A stretch of DNA of 64,000 nucleotides, taken from assembly GCF_009914755.1 (NCBI RefSeq), contig NC_060943.1. One strand, given 5' to 3'. This stretch comes from the human T2T-CHM13v2.0 reference genome, Homo sapiens. The notes under the pieces are model-generated. The model was not told where the DNA came from. It saw only the letters and a list, made by a program, of their open reading frames with translations, and ran no database searches. A program made the position numbers and the translations under genes. This document shows positions 49,951 to 64,000 of this stretch, in pieces. The first letter of the stretch is position 1. Each line of letters starts with the position of its first letter.

Positions 49951-50293
49951 TTCATATTGTATATACATTCAGAAAGGGCTTGAAGGCCTCAAGGCCTTTC
50001 TGCTTTTCTTTTTTGTATCTTTAAAAGTTTTTTTCCAGTTGACTGAAATCTTTCAAAATCATATACTTAGTCTCTCTGTTTCTTTCTCAAGGATTCTTTT
50101 TCAGTTCCTTTCTGTTCCTCCTTTCTTTTGCTACCCTTGATGCTACATGAGGGGACCTAAAGAATTTCTAACAGCCTGGTACCCCTTAAAGAAAACAGAA
50201 AAGATGCCACAGACTCCCCTGTTTGGAAAGAACCACAGTTTTTCCTCATGGAATCCCAAGAGTTGTAAGTGAATGGATTCCTCTCAGGTCTAA

Positions 50294-50676
<383 letters not shown>

Positions 50677-51939
50677 TCAGAGTTTACTTTGTACTGTAAA
50701 AAGACTCGACCTTCCTTGTGTAATGGCTGCTGGGTCAGTGGTAAGAGCTATGGTTTTTGAGGTAACTAACAGTGGTTAGTCAGTGATTATTACTTCAGAG
50801 GGCTACTCATCTCTTTGCATGTTTAGATAAGAAAGACATGGTTTAAACAACTAGAAAAAGTCCATTTTGGCAAAGTACACTATGGAAGTGTTTCACAGTA
50901 TGATCCCCATGGCATATTCCTCTTCTTAGGGACGCGGGATTCAGTGAAATCCTTGAGTTTTAAAAGTCTAGATGCTGTCCCTTACAACTGGGTCTCCCTT
51001 TACACATTGAAATTATTAAGATCTAAAAATTACAAATACTTCGTTGGCCCTCTTCTTTAATGCGCTCCTCTCCAAGCTCCCTGGACCAGTTGGAAAACGG
51101 AGACCAAATTAAAATCTACATATCTAAATAAAATTTATCTCCTTATAAAATCCTATGGTAAATTTTTATCATTTTGGTGTTACCTTGGCATCTATTTTTA
51201 ATCTTCCTTGAACACACCCAAATTCCTTCTTGTAAAACCTTAAATTCTCAATCTCTCTGTGCTTTGAGGTATACATTTGCTACCCATTTTCTAAAACTCA
51301 GTAAAGCCTTCCTCAGATAAATGTTAACCTTTTCCATTTACAAAGGCACAATTTGAATTCAACTGTCTTTTTAAAAATAGTGAGTTTTACTGGTCCCATG
51401 TTTAAACTCCTAAAATCAAAACACTAACATCTGTCTCCCTCTATGTTTATGTGGACATGTATATATGTTGTATCACATATGTGTATATGTCTATACATAT
51501 GTTTATTATTTACACATGGTATCAAATTAATGTAAAGATAAATGAGTACTCATAAATTAAGTAAATAAGCTCAAATGCTTTTTTCAATACATGTAATTAT
51601 AGTAATCTTTTATAAATATAGTTTTAAAATTATTGGTAGAATGAAGTAGAAATGTCTTAAAACACCTTGAACATTTAACAACCTTCCCAAAATCAAACTT
51701 CAGTTTCAAAATTGTCTTCCATGGCACCTGGCTTTTCAAATATTTCAGATGGCCCCTGAAGTGTCCAGGAAAGAGAGGTAAATAGGATTATTTGAGATGT
51801 TTAGGTACATGGGATTGCCAAAATGATGCTCAATCTTTTTTAGATTATATCTTGGTGAATAATGCTAATATATGTTCCAACATTGTATGGGATTTCTAAA
51901 ATTCTAATGTCTGAGTATATGCTATCAATAATAATTAAG

Positions 51940-52228
51940 GTTTTTTTTTTTTCTTTTTAGACGGAGTCTTGCTCTGTTGCCCAGGCTGGAGTGCAGTGGC
52001 ATGATCTTGGCTCACTGCAACCTCTGCCTCCTGGTTTAAGTAATTCTCCTGCCTCTACCTCCTGAGTAGCTGGAACTACAGGCACGTACCACCACGCCCG
52101 GCTAATTTTTTGTATTTTTAATAGAGACGGGGTTTCACTGTGTTAGCCAGGATGTTGATCTCCTGACCTCATGATCCACTCACCTCTGCCTCCCAAAGTG
52201 CTGGGATTACATTCATGAGCCACTGCGT
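51940..52228 (-). mobile_element. AluSc-like
   Basis: Antisense dimer. Confidence 0.88.
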
Positions 52229-53028
52229 GATTGTGTTTCTAACTGTAACTACCCTGGACATTTTGCTATTCACAGACAATTGTTATCTTGTTTTAATCCT
52301 TTTCAAAGATGGTTTATAATGAGCTATAGAACTTTAACAGGCACTCTCAAATACAAGCTTCTGATAACTTTGGAGATCATAACATTGGAATAAAGGAAAA
52401 TGTACAGGACTCATAAAGAGCTTAAATGTTCAAGAATATCAAGCAAAACAAGAGTTAACTAAATGAACTGAACTCAGAAAGCTGAAGCAACATTTGTTTG
52501 GAATATTTTGCTGATTCTTGTTTTGCTTTTCAGAGTCAAGAAAACTTATTTGGAATTATTTACAGCTTTTAACAATTAAGTAAGGTATACACTTCTGTGA
52601 TCAAGATTTGGAGCCTGTTTGTTTCTCTCTGCCTGGTTCCTCTAAAATTTGGAAACTATCTGTGAGTATTCCTATGGCAATACAGTTGTTTGAATCAGTG
52701 CAATAAGAATTCATTTTTCTTTTGCAACAGGACACAATTGGAGAAAGTGATTATTTTACCAAGGCTTTGACTGGAAGGCTATGCTTCCCTTGAAGGAGTC
52801 AGTCTTCACTTGGAGAACCAATAAAAGCCCCAGGAGGAGACTGGCCTCATACCCTTGTTTACACGGTCCCTGTACAGGGTTCATGACTTATGGTCAGTAA
52901 AGAATGTCACTTTCTAACAGGTCCAGGAGTTCCAAGTTTATTATGTGACTTTAAGAGGAGAGGATCACCCAACTCGGGGTTATTTAAGGATGCAAACCTA
53001 TGGCTGGGCTTAGCTTTAAAAGGTCTTA

Positions 53029-53163
<135 letters not shown>

Positions 53164-53237
53164 TCATCTGAGATTCCTTGGGGAACAGAGTTCCATCAAA
53201 ATCAATCCAAAAGGCCTATGTAGAAATAATTATTCTT

Positions 53238-53578
<341 letters not shown>

Positions 53579-55587
53579 TTAACAAGGTTTTCCTGAGGTG
53601 CTAATCTGTTCTTTGGCAAAATTTCTAAAGGGTTATAAAAGGCTTTTGCTTCTTTAAAATTTATGAGTCATCATTTTTGGCAAAATAAATAACATAGTAA
53701 TCTGGAATTCTATTTCATAATAACATAATGAATATTTCATAAAATCTTATTAATCAAGTATTATGAATATCATAATATTTCATAAAATCACACAGGAAGC
53801 ATTGTCACATATGAAATGGTGTTTTGCTTTCTTTGGGCTATATTTGTATAAATATGTTATTGGTATGTGTTCTAAAGTTATGGAAGACTCCTATAATTCT
53901 GATATATCTTAGTGTACATTATAAGTAATAATTATTATTGTTATGTTAAATTATTGTGTGACACAGAGTTAACAGATTTCCTTGTCAGTTGTGTCTTTAA
54001 CTATGGCTACCCTAAAACTTTTTGTCATCCACAAACAGTTGTCTTGTTTTGGTCCTCTTTAAAAGGTGATTTTATAATCAGCTATAAAGGTCTAACAGGT
54101 GCTCTTGAATGCAGGTTTCTGATAAGTTTGGAGATAAGATGGTGACATCAGAATAGAGGAAAAACGTTCAGAACTCTTGAAGAGCTAAAATGTTCATTAA
54201 TATCAAGCAGGACAGGAATTAACTGCGTGAACTGAAATAATAGCAGACTGGAGTGATCTTTTTAATGTTTTGCTGAAAACATTGCTAATCCTTTGTTTTG
54301 CTGTTCAGAGTCAAAGAAACTTCTCTTTTAAGCTATTGACAGTTTTTAACAATTTAGCATACTCCCATGAATAAAATTTGGAGCATATTTGTTTCTCTCT
54401 ACCTGATTTTCTCAATAATTTGGAAACTATCTCTGAGTATTCTTAAGTTATGGCAATATAGTTATTTGCATAAGTGCAATAAGAATCTGTCTTCTTTTGT
54501 AACAGGACACAATTGGAAAAACTGGTTATTTTTACCAAGGCTTTGACTGGAATGGTAGATTCCTTTAAGTAATCAAACTTGACTTCATAGGTGGGGCTCG
54601 AGCGTTCATTTTGAAAAATGTTTCTGAGTGATTCCAATGTGTAGCTATATTTCCCATCAGATTTATCTGAATTTTTGTGGCATTCGCTCCTTTCTTTTTT
54701 GGTATTATAATTATTTTTCAGGTCTTATCTCCTCTCTTGGGTTTTATGTTCCCTGGGGTAGGGACCTTGCCTTCTTCATTTCTGTATCTTTCATGAACAC
54801 ATGAATTGGTCATCAGGAAAAGGTTCTCAACCACATGTTGGTTGTGTTCTGAGTCTCAGCTTTACACATTAGTGCTAGCGTCATTGTTCTCCATGAGATC
54901 AGAGGTTGCTTGTGATGAAGGTTGTGGGTAAGTCTGCAGTGCAGATGGTGGAGGAGAGATACCCTGTTTTTGTATATAGCATTGGAACTAAGAATATTAT
55001 TTATATATGGGGTGGAGAGTCAGGGATGTGTAGGAAGACAGTTCTAATTAGGATGGAGGAATTATACTAGGGAATTATACTAGGGAATAGATGAAGTAAA
55101 GGAAGTAAGAAGTATTAGTAAAGAGAAGAAATGAGAACTTATCAAATTGGCCAGAGTAGACCCCTGTAGATTCTTGATTAGGTGAATTAACTAGATTTTA
55201 GGAAGGTAATGAGACAGTCATATGCAAGGAAGATTTCAAAGTCTGGAGACAAGAAGTCAAGCAGGACTTCGAGCAGTTGTTGAGGTTTATGGGAATGGAG
55301 AGAATGACACAAGTGAGAGATGTTAAAAAAGGATCAAGAGTCTTTGGCAATGTACTGAATCTGAGAAATGAATGAGTGGAGGCTGGGGATAATTACATTT
55401 AAAAGACAGTGGGGGTACAGGGAGCATAAAGACCAGGGAGAAGACCTACAGGAATTAGTGCTGAGAAACAAGATTGGTGGAAGGAGGAGTAGATCCACTC
55501 CCAGATACAGGCAAAGAAGTTCTCTCCCTCTCCCAAGCATGGCAGTCATCCTTGGAGTAAACAGGACAAGAGGAAAGGCCATCATAC

Positions 55588-55719
55588 TTGCCAGTCTTAG
55601 TGAAATGCAGAAACTACACCTGGGTTGCTATATTAGAGCCACCCCAGCCAGTACTCCAGTCATGATGCCGACAGTGATCCCAGCTGAGAGGCCAGGAGAA
55701 CTTCCTTATCCTGAAGCAG
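55588..55719 (-). pseudogene. Paralogue M exon with premature TAA at 55708-55706
   Basis: Reads AASG*GSSPGLSAGITVGIMTGVLAGVALI*; ancestral TAG at 55630-55628; donor GTATGA at 55587. Confidence 0.88.
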
Positions 55720-56585
55720 CTGTCATGGAAAGAAAAGAAGAGAATAAATGAAGGTGATGTTATTTTACAGTGGAGTGCCCCAGGAGCCAACTCTCAGGAT
55801 GAAGTAATTTCTACTTGTTTCTTCAAGGAATACATTATTTTTGTGGGAAAGTTGCTGGGAGGTGGTTAGCCAACTATATCCTTGAAATTTGTCTTCTTCT
55901 CACTGTTTCTATGTTGGCCATCAGTCTTCTGTCAATTCTGTCCTGGCCTTTCTGCACTCAGATATTTTTGAAGGCTTTGGGATATGAGAAAAGCTGATTG
56001 CTATTTTCTACATCATTAGAACTTTCCACCTTTTCATGATTGCATCTTTTTTTCTCAGTGTCTCAGTTTGGGCAGGCATGAATTAGACCCTGTCAGATCT
56101 CTATGGCAGGGACTTGATTGACAGAAGGTTCAGGTCAGCGCATTCCAAATTCACCCACTCCTTTGCACAGAGACCTTGCTTCTCAGGGACTCCCAGCAGG
56201 GGTATGAAAGCAAGCCCAGTTCTGTGAGACTTTGTTTTATTCTCATGTGTGACTGGTTGGAGGACTCCCCATCAGCCTTGCTGAAACTCTCTTAGAACTG
56301 CCTTGATACCTAAAACTTCTTTGTCTTTCTCCTTCACAGGAATCAGGTCTGCATCATGGTCTGAGGGCTTTCCCAGGCTCCTTCCATGCCTGCCCCACTT
56401 TCCCTCACCTGCATTTTTCCTAATAAATTATCTTGCATATCTAATCCCATCTTGGCTGCATCTCAGTGGGTAAAAATGAACATACCAGGCTTGATTGTTT
56501 GCACTTAGCTTTTGTTCTTTCTCTCCCACATGTAGTCAGTAACCATGTTCTAGTGTTTTCTGTGTTACCTGTGCTTCCATATACG

Positions 56586-56616
<31 letters not shown>

Positions 56617-57448
56617 ATTTACATAAAATACCTTGTCTACACACACACACACACAAACACATACACACACGCAATACCTTTTGCATCTGTTTCTTTATTT
56701 CTGTTGCAAGCATTTACTTTTAGCCCTCACTAGTCAACTCAGGCTGGTGATTAATGCTATGTTAGTTACGGTTGAGGGGCACCTCCTATATGCCAGGCCC
56801 TGTGGTAAATACTTTACCTGTATATTATTTGATTTGTACAATAAACCTGTCAGGTAGACATTGTTTCCATTTTACAGACGAAAAGCTGGAGGCTTAGAGT
56901 GGTGAAGAAACTTTCCTGATGTCATATGGCTAGTGAAAGGCGAATCTGAGATTTGACTCTAGGCCTCACTTCAAGGCTAATATTAATAGTAGTAATAAAG
57001 CAGGTAACATTTATAAGACATTTCCTCTGCATTTTATGGAAGGTTTCATTGATAATTACATTAAACCTTTAGAACAATACTATGAAGCAAGCACTTTCAT
57101 TGCAAATTTCAGTTGAGGAATCAGAGGCTCAGAGAAGTTAAAAATCTTGTACAAGAAATTTATAACTGTAAACTCTTACATTAGAAAAGAAGAAAGATCT
57201 CAAATCAACAACATAATTTACAACTTCAGGATATAGGAGAAGAACAAACTAAACCCAGCCATAGTGAATGAAAAAAATAATAAGGATTAGAGTGAATATA
57301 AATAAAATGGAGAATAAAAAAATGGAAGAGATTAATGAAACCAAAATTGGTTCTTCAAAATAAGATCAACAAAACTGACAACCATTAACTTGATTGACTG
57401 AGAAAAAAGAGAGAAGATTTAAATTACTAAAATCGGAAATGAAAATGG

Positions 57449-57948
<500 letters not shown>

Positions 57949-59894
57949 CTATAAATGGAAGGAAACCACCTCAACATAGTAAAGGTAATATGTGAAAAGC
58001 CCAATGCTAACATCATACTTAAGGGAGAAAGAGTGTAAGTTTTTTCTGTATTATCAGAAACAAGGCAATGATTCCTGCTTTATCTACTTTCATTAAACAT
58101 AGTATTGAAAGTCCTAGTCAGAAAAATTAGACAAGGAAGAAAAAAGACATTCACATTGGAAAGGAGTAGAATTATCTCTGTTTGCAGATAACTTGAATGT
58201 ACATCTAGAAAACTCTGAAGATAGAAAAAACCATTAGAATTAATAAATCAATTCAACAATATTGCGGGATTCAAAATCAACGTGAAAACATTAGTTATAT
58301 TTCTATAAACTAACAATAAACCATCTGAAAGGAAATTAAAAAAAATTTCAATTCACATTAACATCAAAAAGAATAAAATATTTATAAGTTTAAGCAAGGA
58401 GGTGAAAGAATTCTACCCTGAAAACTACAAAATATTGCTGAAAGAAATTAAAAATGACATCAGTAAATGGAAAGACACTTTGTTTTCATGGACTAGAAGA
58501 CTCAACATTGTTAGGAGGACAATACTATCCAAAAACGTCAGATTCAAAGAAATTTATATCAGAATCCCAGTAACATTATTTGTAGAAACAGAAAAATCTA
58601 TCCTAAAATTCATATGGAGTCTCAGGGCTCTAAATAGCCAAACAATTCTGAAAATGAAGAGCAAAGGCAAAGTACTCATACTTTCTGATTTCAGCATTTA
58701 CTACAAAGCCACAGTAATCAATACAGTGTGCTGCTGGCATAAAGGAGGACATAGAAACCAATGGCATAGAATAGAGATCCCAGAAAGAAATGCTTGCATA
58801 TATGGCCAAATGATTATCAACAAGGCTGCCAAGACCATTCAATGGAAAAAGGACAGTCTTTTCAACAAATGATATTGGACAAGCTGGATAGCAATGGGCA
58901 AGAATGAGTGGAACCTTTATCTAACACCATGTACAAAAATTAACCCACAGTGGATCAAAGACCTAAATGTCATAGCAAAAATAAAACTCTTAGAAGAAAA
59001 CATAGGGGAAAAGCTACATGACATTGGATTTCACAATGATTTTTTGGTTATAACAACAAAAGCATAGGCAACTAAAAAAATGGGTAAATTGGACTTCATG
59101 AAAATTAAAAACTTTTATATATCAAAGAACATTATCAAGAAAGTGAAATGAAAAGGCAACCCATGAAGTGGGAAAAATATTTGTAAATCATATATCTGAT
59201 AAGGAATTAATTTCCAGAATATATGAAGAACTACTACAAATGAACAACAGCAAAAATCCAAAAACCCGATTAAAAAATGGACAAAGGACTAAAATAGAGA
59301 TTTCTCCAAGGAAGATATACAAATGGCCAATAAGCACATGCGAAGATGCTCAACATCACTAATACTTAGGGATATGCAAATTAAAACCACAAGGATGCAC
59401 CACCTCACACACATTAGGATAGCTTTGATAAAACAACAGCAACAACACCACCACCACAAAACAAGTGTTTTCAAGTAGGTGCAAAAATTGAAGCTCTATT
59501 GCATTGCTGATGGCAATGTAAAATGTTATACTGCTGTGGAAAATGGTATGGCTGTTTCTCAAAAAATTAAAGAATTACCATTTGATCCAGCAGTTCTGCT
59601 TCTGGACATATACCCAAAGAACTGAAAGGAATTTGAACAGATATTTGTACACTGATGTTCACAGCAGCATCACTGACAACAGCCAACAGGTTGTTGTGAT
59701 GAACTGAACTGAAAAGTTAATTGAAAGATAAGTGCATAGAAAACTGAGGTATATCCATACACTGGAATGTTATTCAATCTTAACAAGGAATACAATTCAG
59801 ATACGTTGTGCAAAATGAAGGAACCTTGAAGACATTTATGCTAAGTGAAATAAGCCAGACACAAAAGGACAATTATTAGATAATTTCATTTGTA

Positions 59895-60198
59895 GGTGGC
59901 TGACGCCTGTAATCCCAACACTTTGGGAGGCTAAGGCAGGCGGATCACTTGAGGTTAGGAGTTCAAGAACAGCCTGGCCCGCATGTTGAAACCCAGTCTC
60001 TACTAAAAATACAAAAATTAGCCAGGCATGGTGGTGTGTGCCTATAATCCCAGCTACTCAGGAGGCTTAAGCACGAGAATCGCTTGAACCTGGGAAGCAG
60101 AGGTTGTGGTGAGCCAAGATTATGCCACTGCACTCAAGCCTGGGCGACAGACCCTTACTCTTAAGGGTCTGTCTTCAAAAGAAAAGAAAAGAAAAAGA
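59895..60198 (+). mobile_element. AluS-like, specific to the paralogue
   Basis: Absent from the matching CEACAM8 position (about 22935-22950). Confidence 0.87.
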
Positions 60199-61212
60199 TA
60201 GAATAGCCAATTACATTGAGACAGAAAGTAGAATGATGGTTACCAAGGGTTAGGGGGAGAAGGAGTGAGAGTTTCTGTTTATTGGGTACAGAGGTTTAGT
60301 ATGGTGAGATGAAAAAGTTCTGGAAATGGATAGTGTGATGGTTACACAACACTAAATTGCACACTTAGAAATAGTTAATGGTAAGTCTTACATCGGGTAT
60401 ACAGTGGCTGGTAGTCTTACCCTCTATAAATACACACTTTTTGGTACTGCCCTTTCCCTCCCATGCATCTCTGTGTGTCTCCAAGTGTGCATCACTCACT
60501 GTCCTCTGTGCTTTGTCCCATGTGCTGTGCTCACAGCCTCATACAGCCAGTGACTTCAGAACCAGGACACAGCTCAGGAGTCTGCCCCAAGGCTCCTTTT
60601 CTTCCCATTTTTCTACATCCTCACCTAGGGGAAAACTTTGCTTCCACTGGCAGCTCAGTTTAGCCAGATTCCAGACAGGCCACCTGGGCACCTTCTTGAC
60701 ACACCCCAGCCCCACCCCAGGTAGAGTCAGGGCAAGGCCAGTCACAGCTGGGAGCAGAGTCTCAGCTACTCCTTCCTCATCTGAGGGGCTTTCTTCTCTC
60801 ATTTGAGGGAAAAATGTGAGCTTGTTTCAAGCCTTGGATGTTCCCTGCAGCTCAAGTGTGGGTAAAAGTAAACGAAGGGGTGCACAGAAAAGGATGTGTT
60901 GGTAAAATAGAGAAGAAACTTGACCTTGAGGACCCTCCTTCTTCCCTCTCTGTAAAGCTCCTTCCACTACATTGGGCTTGGGGCTGATGAAGCCTCCTTC
61001 CTACGTTTCTCAGGCTGGACCTGAGTTCATCCGTGAGAAATCAGTAAAACAAAAGGAAGAGTCTGTAGAGATGAATTGGGAGGGGTCAGGAGAAAAATTT
61101 GGGATTTGCTTGTGCCCATGGGACACAGGCTGGGAATAAAAATGTTTTCCTGGTTCTTCTCAGAAAGCCAAATAGACTTCACCTGAAAACCTGTTGCCAG
61201 TGCTCCCCTTAC

Positions 61213-61467
61213 CAGTGACTGTGATCTTCTTGATCGTGAAACACCTGCTGTCAGTGGCTGAGTTGCGAACGAAACAGATGTAGATTCCACTATTCTTTTT
61301 AGTGATTTTGGAGATAAAGAGCTCTTGTGCTGATTTTTGGAACTTCCCATTAATCTGCCAAGAATACTGTGGGGGTGGGTTAGAGGCTGTGTTGCAGGAG
61401 AGGTTGAGGTTTTCCCCTGGATGGTAATAGGAGTAAGAGGGGGAAATGTTGGGGTCGTCTGGGCCAT
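61213..61467 (-). pseudogene. Paralogue B-domain exon (255 nt, open frame)
   Basis: Acceptor AG 61469-61468; YGPDDPNISPSYSYYHPGENLNLSCNTASNPPPQYSWQINGKFQKSAQELFISKITKKNSGIYICFVRNSATDSRCFTIKKITVT; donor G|GTAAGG. Confidence 0.9.
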
Positions 61468-61867
61468 CTGGAGCAAAGAAAATAGAGCCAAAAGTCATGT
61501 CATCAGAGGGAAGGAAAAGCTCCTGGTCTGTGGAAGAGCCACAGTGTCCCTCTGAGCCAAGTCACAACCCTGAAGTCCCAGCCAAACCCCCGCTGTGGTC
61601 ACTGAGCCAGAGTCTGAGAATTCACCTGTTTCTCCCATTACAAGCTGTGGACCCTGAGGTCTCCCATGACAGGAGCAGCCCCTCCCCTTGGATTCATGGT
61701 CAAGGCTGGACCTACCCAGGTTTGCCTGGGGCAGGAAGTCATGGCCAGCCTGGGTGCCCAGGAGTAAAGGTCTCTGTACTTGGACCTGAGAGGGACTGAG
61801 AGGCCTGGCCTCTGGCCATGTGGATTTGGGCTGGCAGCCTGGGCTACAGAGGAACAGAAGATACTAC

Positions 61868-62146
61868 AGAGGACATTCAGGGTGACTGGGTCACTGTGGT
61901 TGGCACTCACTAGATTCCGGATTTCACATTCATATGTTCCTGCGTCCTTCCTTGTGACTCTGGGTAGAGTGAGGGTCCTGTTGTCATTGGACAGCTTCAG
62001 CCTGGGACTGACCGGGAGGCTCTGACCATTTACCCACCACAGGTAAGTTGTGTTCTGAATCTCAGTTTCACAGGTTAAGGCCGCAGTATCCTCATTCTCC
62101 ACGGGGTTGGAGTTGCTGATGGTGACGAAGGGCTTGGATAGTTTCG
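61868..62146 (-). pseudogene. Paralogue A-domain exon (279 nt, open frame)
   Basis: Acceptor AG 62148-62147; [41 protein letters not shown]...[22 protein letters not shown]; donor T|GTAGTAT versus T|GTGAGTAT in CEACAM8. Confidence 0.9.
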
Positions 62147-63149
62147 CTGTGCAGAAAACAGAAGATTGCCCTGTGTGGCAACTTTTATCGCTCCATGGAC
62201 ACTTTTTGATCAGAGTTGGAATTTCCTGTCTCTCAGCCCAATTGAGTCCTTGAAAGCCCATGGCAGGTGTGTATGTCAGAAAACAGATGCATGGCAATCT
62301 GAGGGCTCAGAGACCATGAGGCCACCTGTTCTGTCTTAGAGAAGCATAGACTTTCTGAAGTGTAAATTGAGCAGCAGTGTTGGGTCATGGACTGACACAT
62401 GACCAACAGTCACAGCCCCTGGTGTCTCTCCTGGTTTCTCCCTGTCCAGCTGACTGGCTGGCCCAACTTAGGGTCCTCACCTGGAACGTGCAGCTGCTGG
62501 GCCCCTTCCAGCTTCAGTTCTACTTTGCCCTCCTAGGTGTGTTTTCTCTGTGACTTCTCTTTCAAGAACATCCTAGAGATGGGTGTTGATAGACTTTCCA
62601 TTGTCCTTAAACCCTGTGGATACTGGGTAGCCTGGCCTGGAACTAGATGTTTTCAGCAGAAATAACACAGGGGAGACCAGGGGCAAGCCTGAAGATCAGT
62701 TTGGTCTTCAGGCAGTGGAGCCACAAGTCAGGGCAGTTTTCCTGAGATGTTTCATAGTGACTGACTTGAGCCAGTGACCCCTAAAGATAGAGGAGAGTCT
62801 AAGGAATGATCTAGAAAAAGTGAAGAGAACAGAAAAGAGCTGGTAGCTTTGGATCAGAATCACGTTCCCTGTCCTGGGTCCTTGATGCTTTCTCTCCCCC
62901 TGCAGGTGAGGACCATGTGGATCTTTCTAGAAATATATGTAGACATTCGCAAATGCAGAATTGACTGGAGGAAAAGGGGAGCATAAAATGCTGGAAATCT
63001 GGCCCTCATAGATCATGTTTATTTGGTGGATATGAGACAGAAATTTGGGAAGAAGTTTTGCAAATGTTTTCTCTGATTGGACATTCTACTCTCTGATTCC
63101 ATGAGTTTGACTACCCTAGGGACCTCATATAAGTGGATTCCAGAGTACA

Positions 63150-63635
63150 CTTCTATTATGATTTGTTTTTAATAAATGGGGTCTGGAGAGAGAAAAATTA
63201 TGCTTTAAAAGAAATTCTATAGTACATCTGTTGTTGGTTGTTCTTGAGTTTTATTCTGCAGTTTGGACCAAATCATAGATTCTTAGTGGGCTTCAGGTTC
63301 CCAAACTAAAGCTTTCAAAACTTTACCTTTAAAATTGGGAATTGTACTCTTCATCCTAGTAGTCATTATTTACCTTATACTATGCTGTTAACTTAAATAC
63401 TGAAACTGTAAATGAGAGTACTAATGCCTTGGTCATGCAAGCCTTGGAGCTTTAGCGTGGCTCACATGAGTATGCTTAGACAGCTGCAAAGTGGTTTCAC
63501 TCCTCTCACCTTGGGATCAACTCCCATTCCCACTATGTCCCCTGTCAGCAGGAAGCCAGAGCAATTGATGACCTTTTTCTATCTTCATAGCCTACACCTT
63601 AATCTTAAAGTGTCTTAAAACTCAGAGGAAGGGAT
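63150..63635 (+). mobile_element. 3' end of MER4-group ERV internal sequence with polypurine tract
   Basis: atgatttg...ctggagagagaaaaatt homologous to 10483-10530; purine tract AGAGGAAGGGA at 63624-63634 directly before the LTR. Confidence 0.7.
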
Positions 63636-64000
63636 TGAAGATGCCTTTGCAAAGTTATGACTGAAACAGTGAAAGAGATCTAACTGAATCAACCCCATCT
63701 TGCTTCTGACCTTTAAGCTGTTCGTGTTCCTTCCTGGGTATAGGCAGAACCACTTTGGGAGGAACTTGGTTTATAGTTTAAAACAAGATGATAACAGCTC
63801 TTTCCCCAAACAAACCTCCCTCTTGCCTAGGGACTAGAATGCCTTTGTAGGACTAACAACCACAAGATTAGAAATTATGGTTTAGGAGTCACACAGCTGG
63901 AGGCTACAAGATTTTGACCCTCATGTCAGTGCTTGAGGTATTTTGCAGACCCTGCCCTTGGTGGATCAGCTGGCACCAACCAGATCAATAAACTGGCTCA
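63636..64000 (+). mobile_element. LTR8 (runs off the window)
   Basis: TGAAGATGCCTTTGCAAAGTTATGACTGAAACAGTGAAAGAGATCTAAC...CCACAAGATTAGAAATTATGGTTTAGGAGTCA matches the recalled LTR8 consensus. Confidence 0.8.

Noticed and set aside
55058-55083. 13-bp tandem duplication ggaattatactag in the paralogue only
   Set aside because: Ordinary slippage event in an intron with no functional hint.
58402-58872. 156-aa ORF with L1 ORF2 similarity (also 21119-21692 and 33693-34073)
   Set aside because: Decayed L1 fragments with stops and frameshifts, not independent genes.
61638-62297. 219-aa ORF as a standalone gene (likewise 24755-25216, 28947-29258 and 61160-61498)
   Set aside because: Single Ig exons read through into flanking introns; the true limits are the splice sites.

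Overview
Human (primate) genomic DNA from the CEA/PSG cluster, recognisable as chr19q13.2. The window holds the complete minus-strand CEACAM8 (CD66b/CGM6) gene. Its leader, N, A, B and M exons splice with canonical GT-AG sites into a 349-aa GPI-anchored protein, followed by a non-coding terminal exon with AATAAA at 15674-15679. A duplicated block at about 54590-63147 carries A, B and M exons of a paralogue (most likely CEACAMP1/CGM8). Its Ig exons are still open, but there is a TAA before the GPI signal and a damaged A-exon donor. The rest is mostly repeats: about 26 Alus, several L1 fragments, a full-length SVA, MER4-group ERV internal sequence, and MER4E, MER50 and LTR8 LTRs. The most interesting signals concern how the GPI-type 3' end was built. 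A CEACAM1-like transmembrane exon was truncated by a stop, a fossil cytoplasmic C1 exon survives in intron 5 of both copies, and the terminal exon acceptor and 3'UTR were taken from an ERV internal fragment. The paralogue block lies between collinear pieces of ERV internal sequence. Divergent CTCF motifs lie upstream of CEACAM8, and there is a speculative chain of plus-strand phase-0 micro-exons at 1-7 kb. Repeat subfamily names come from recalled consensus sequences, and repeat boundaries are approximate.
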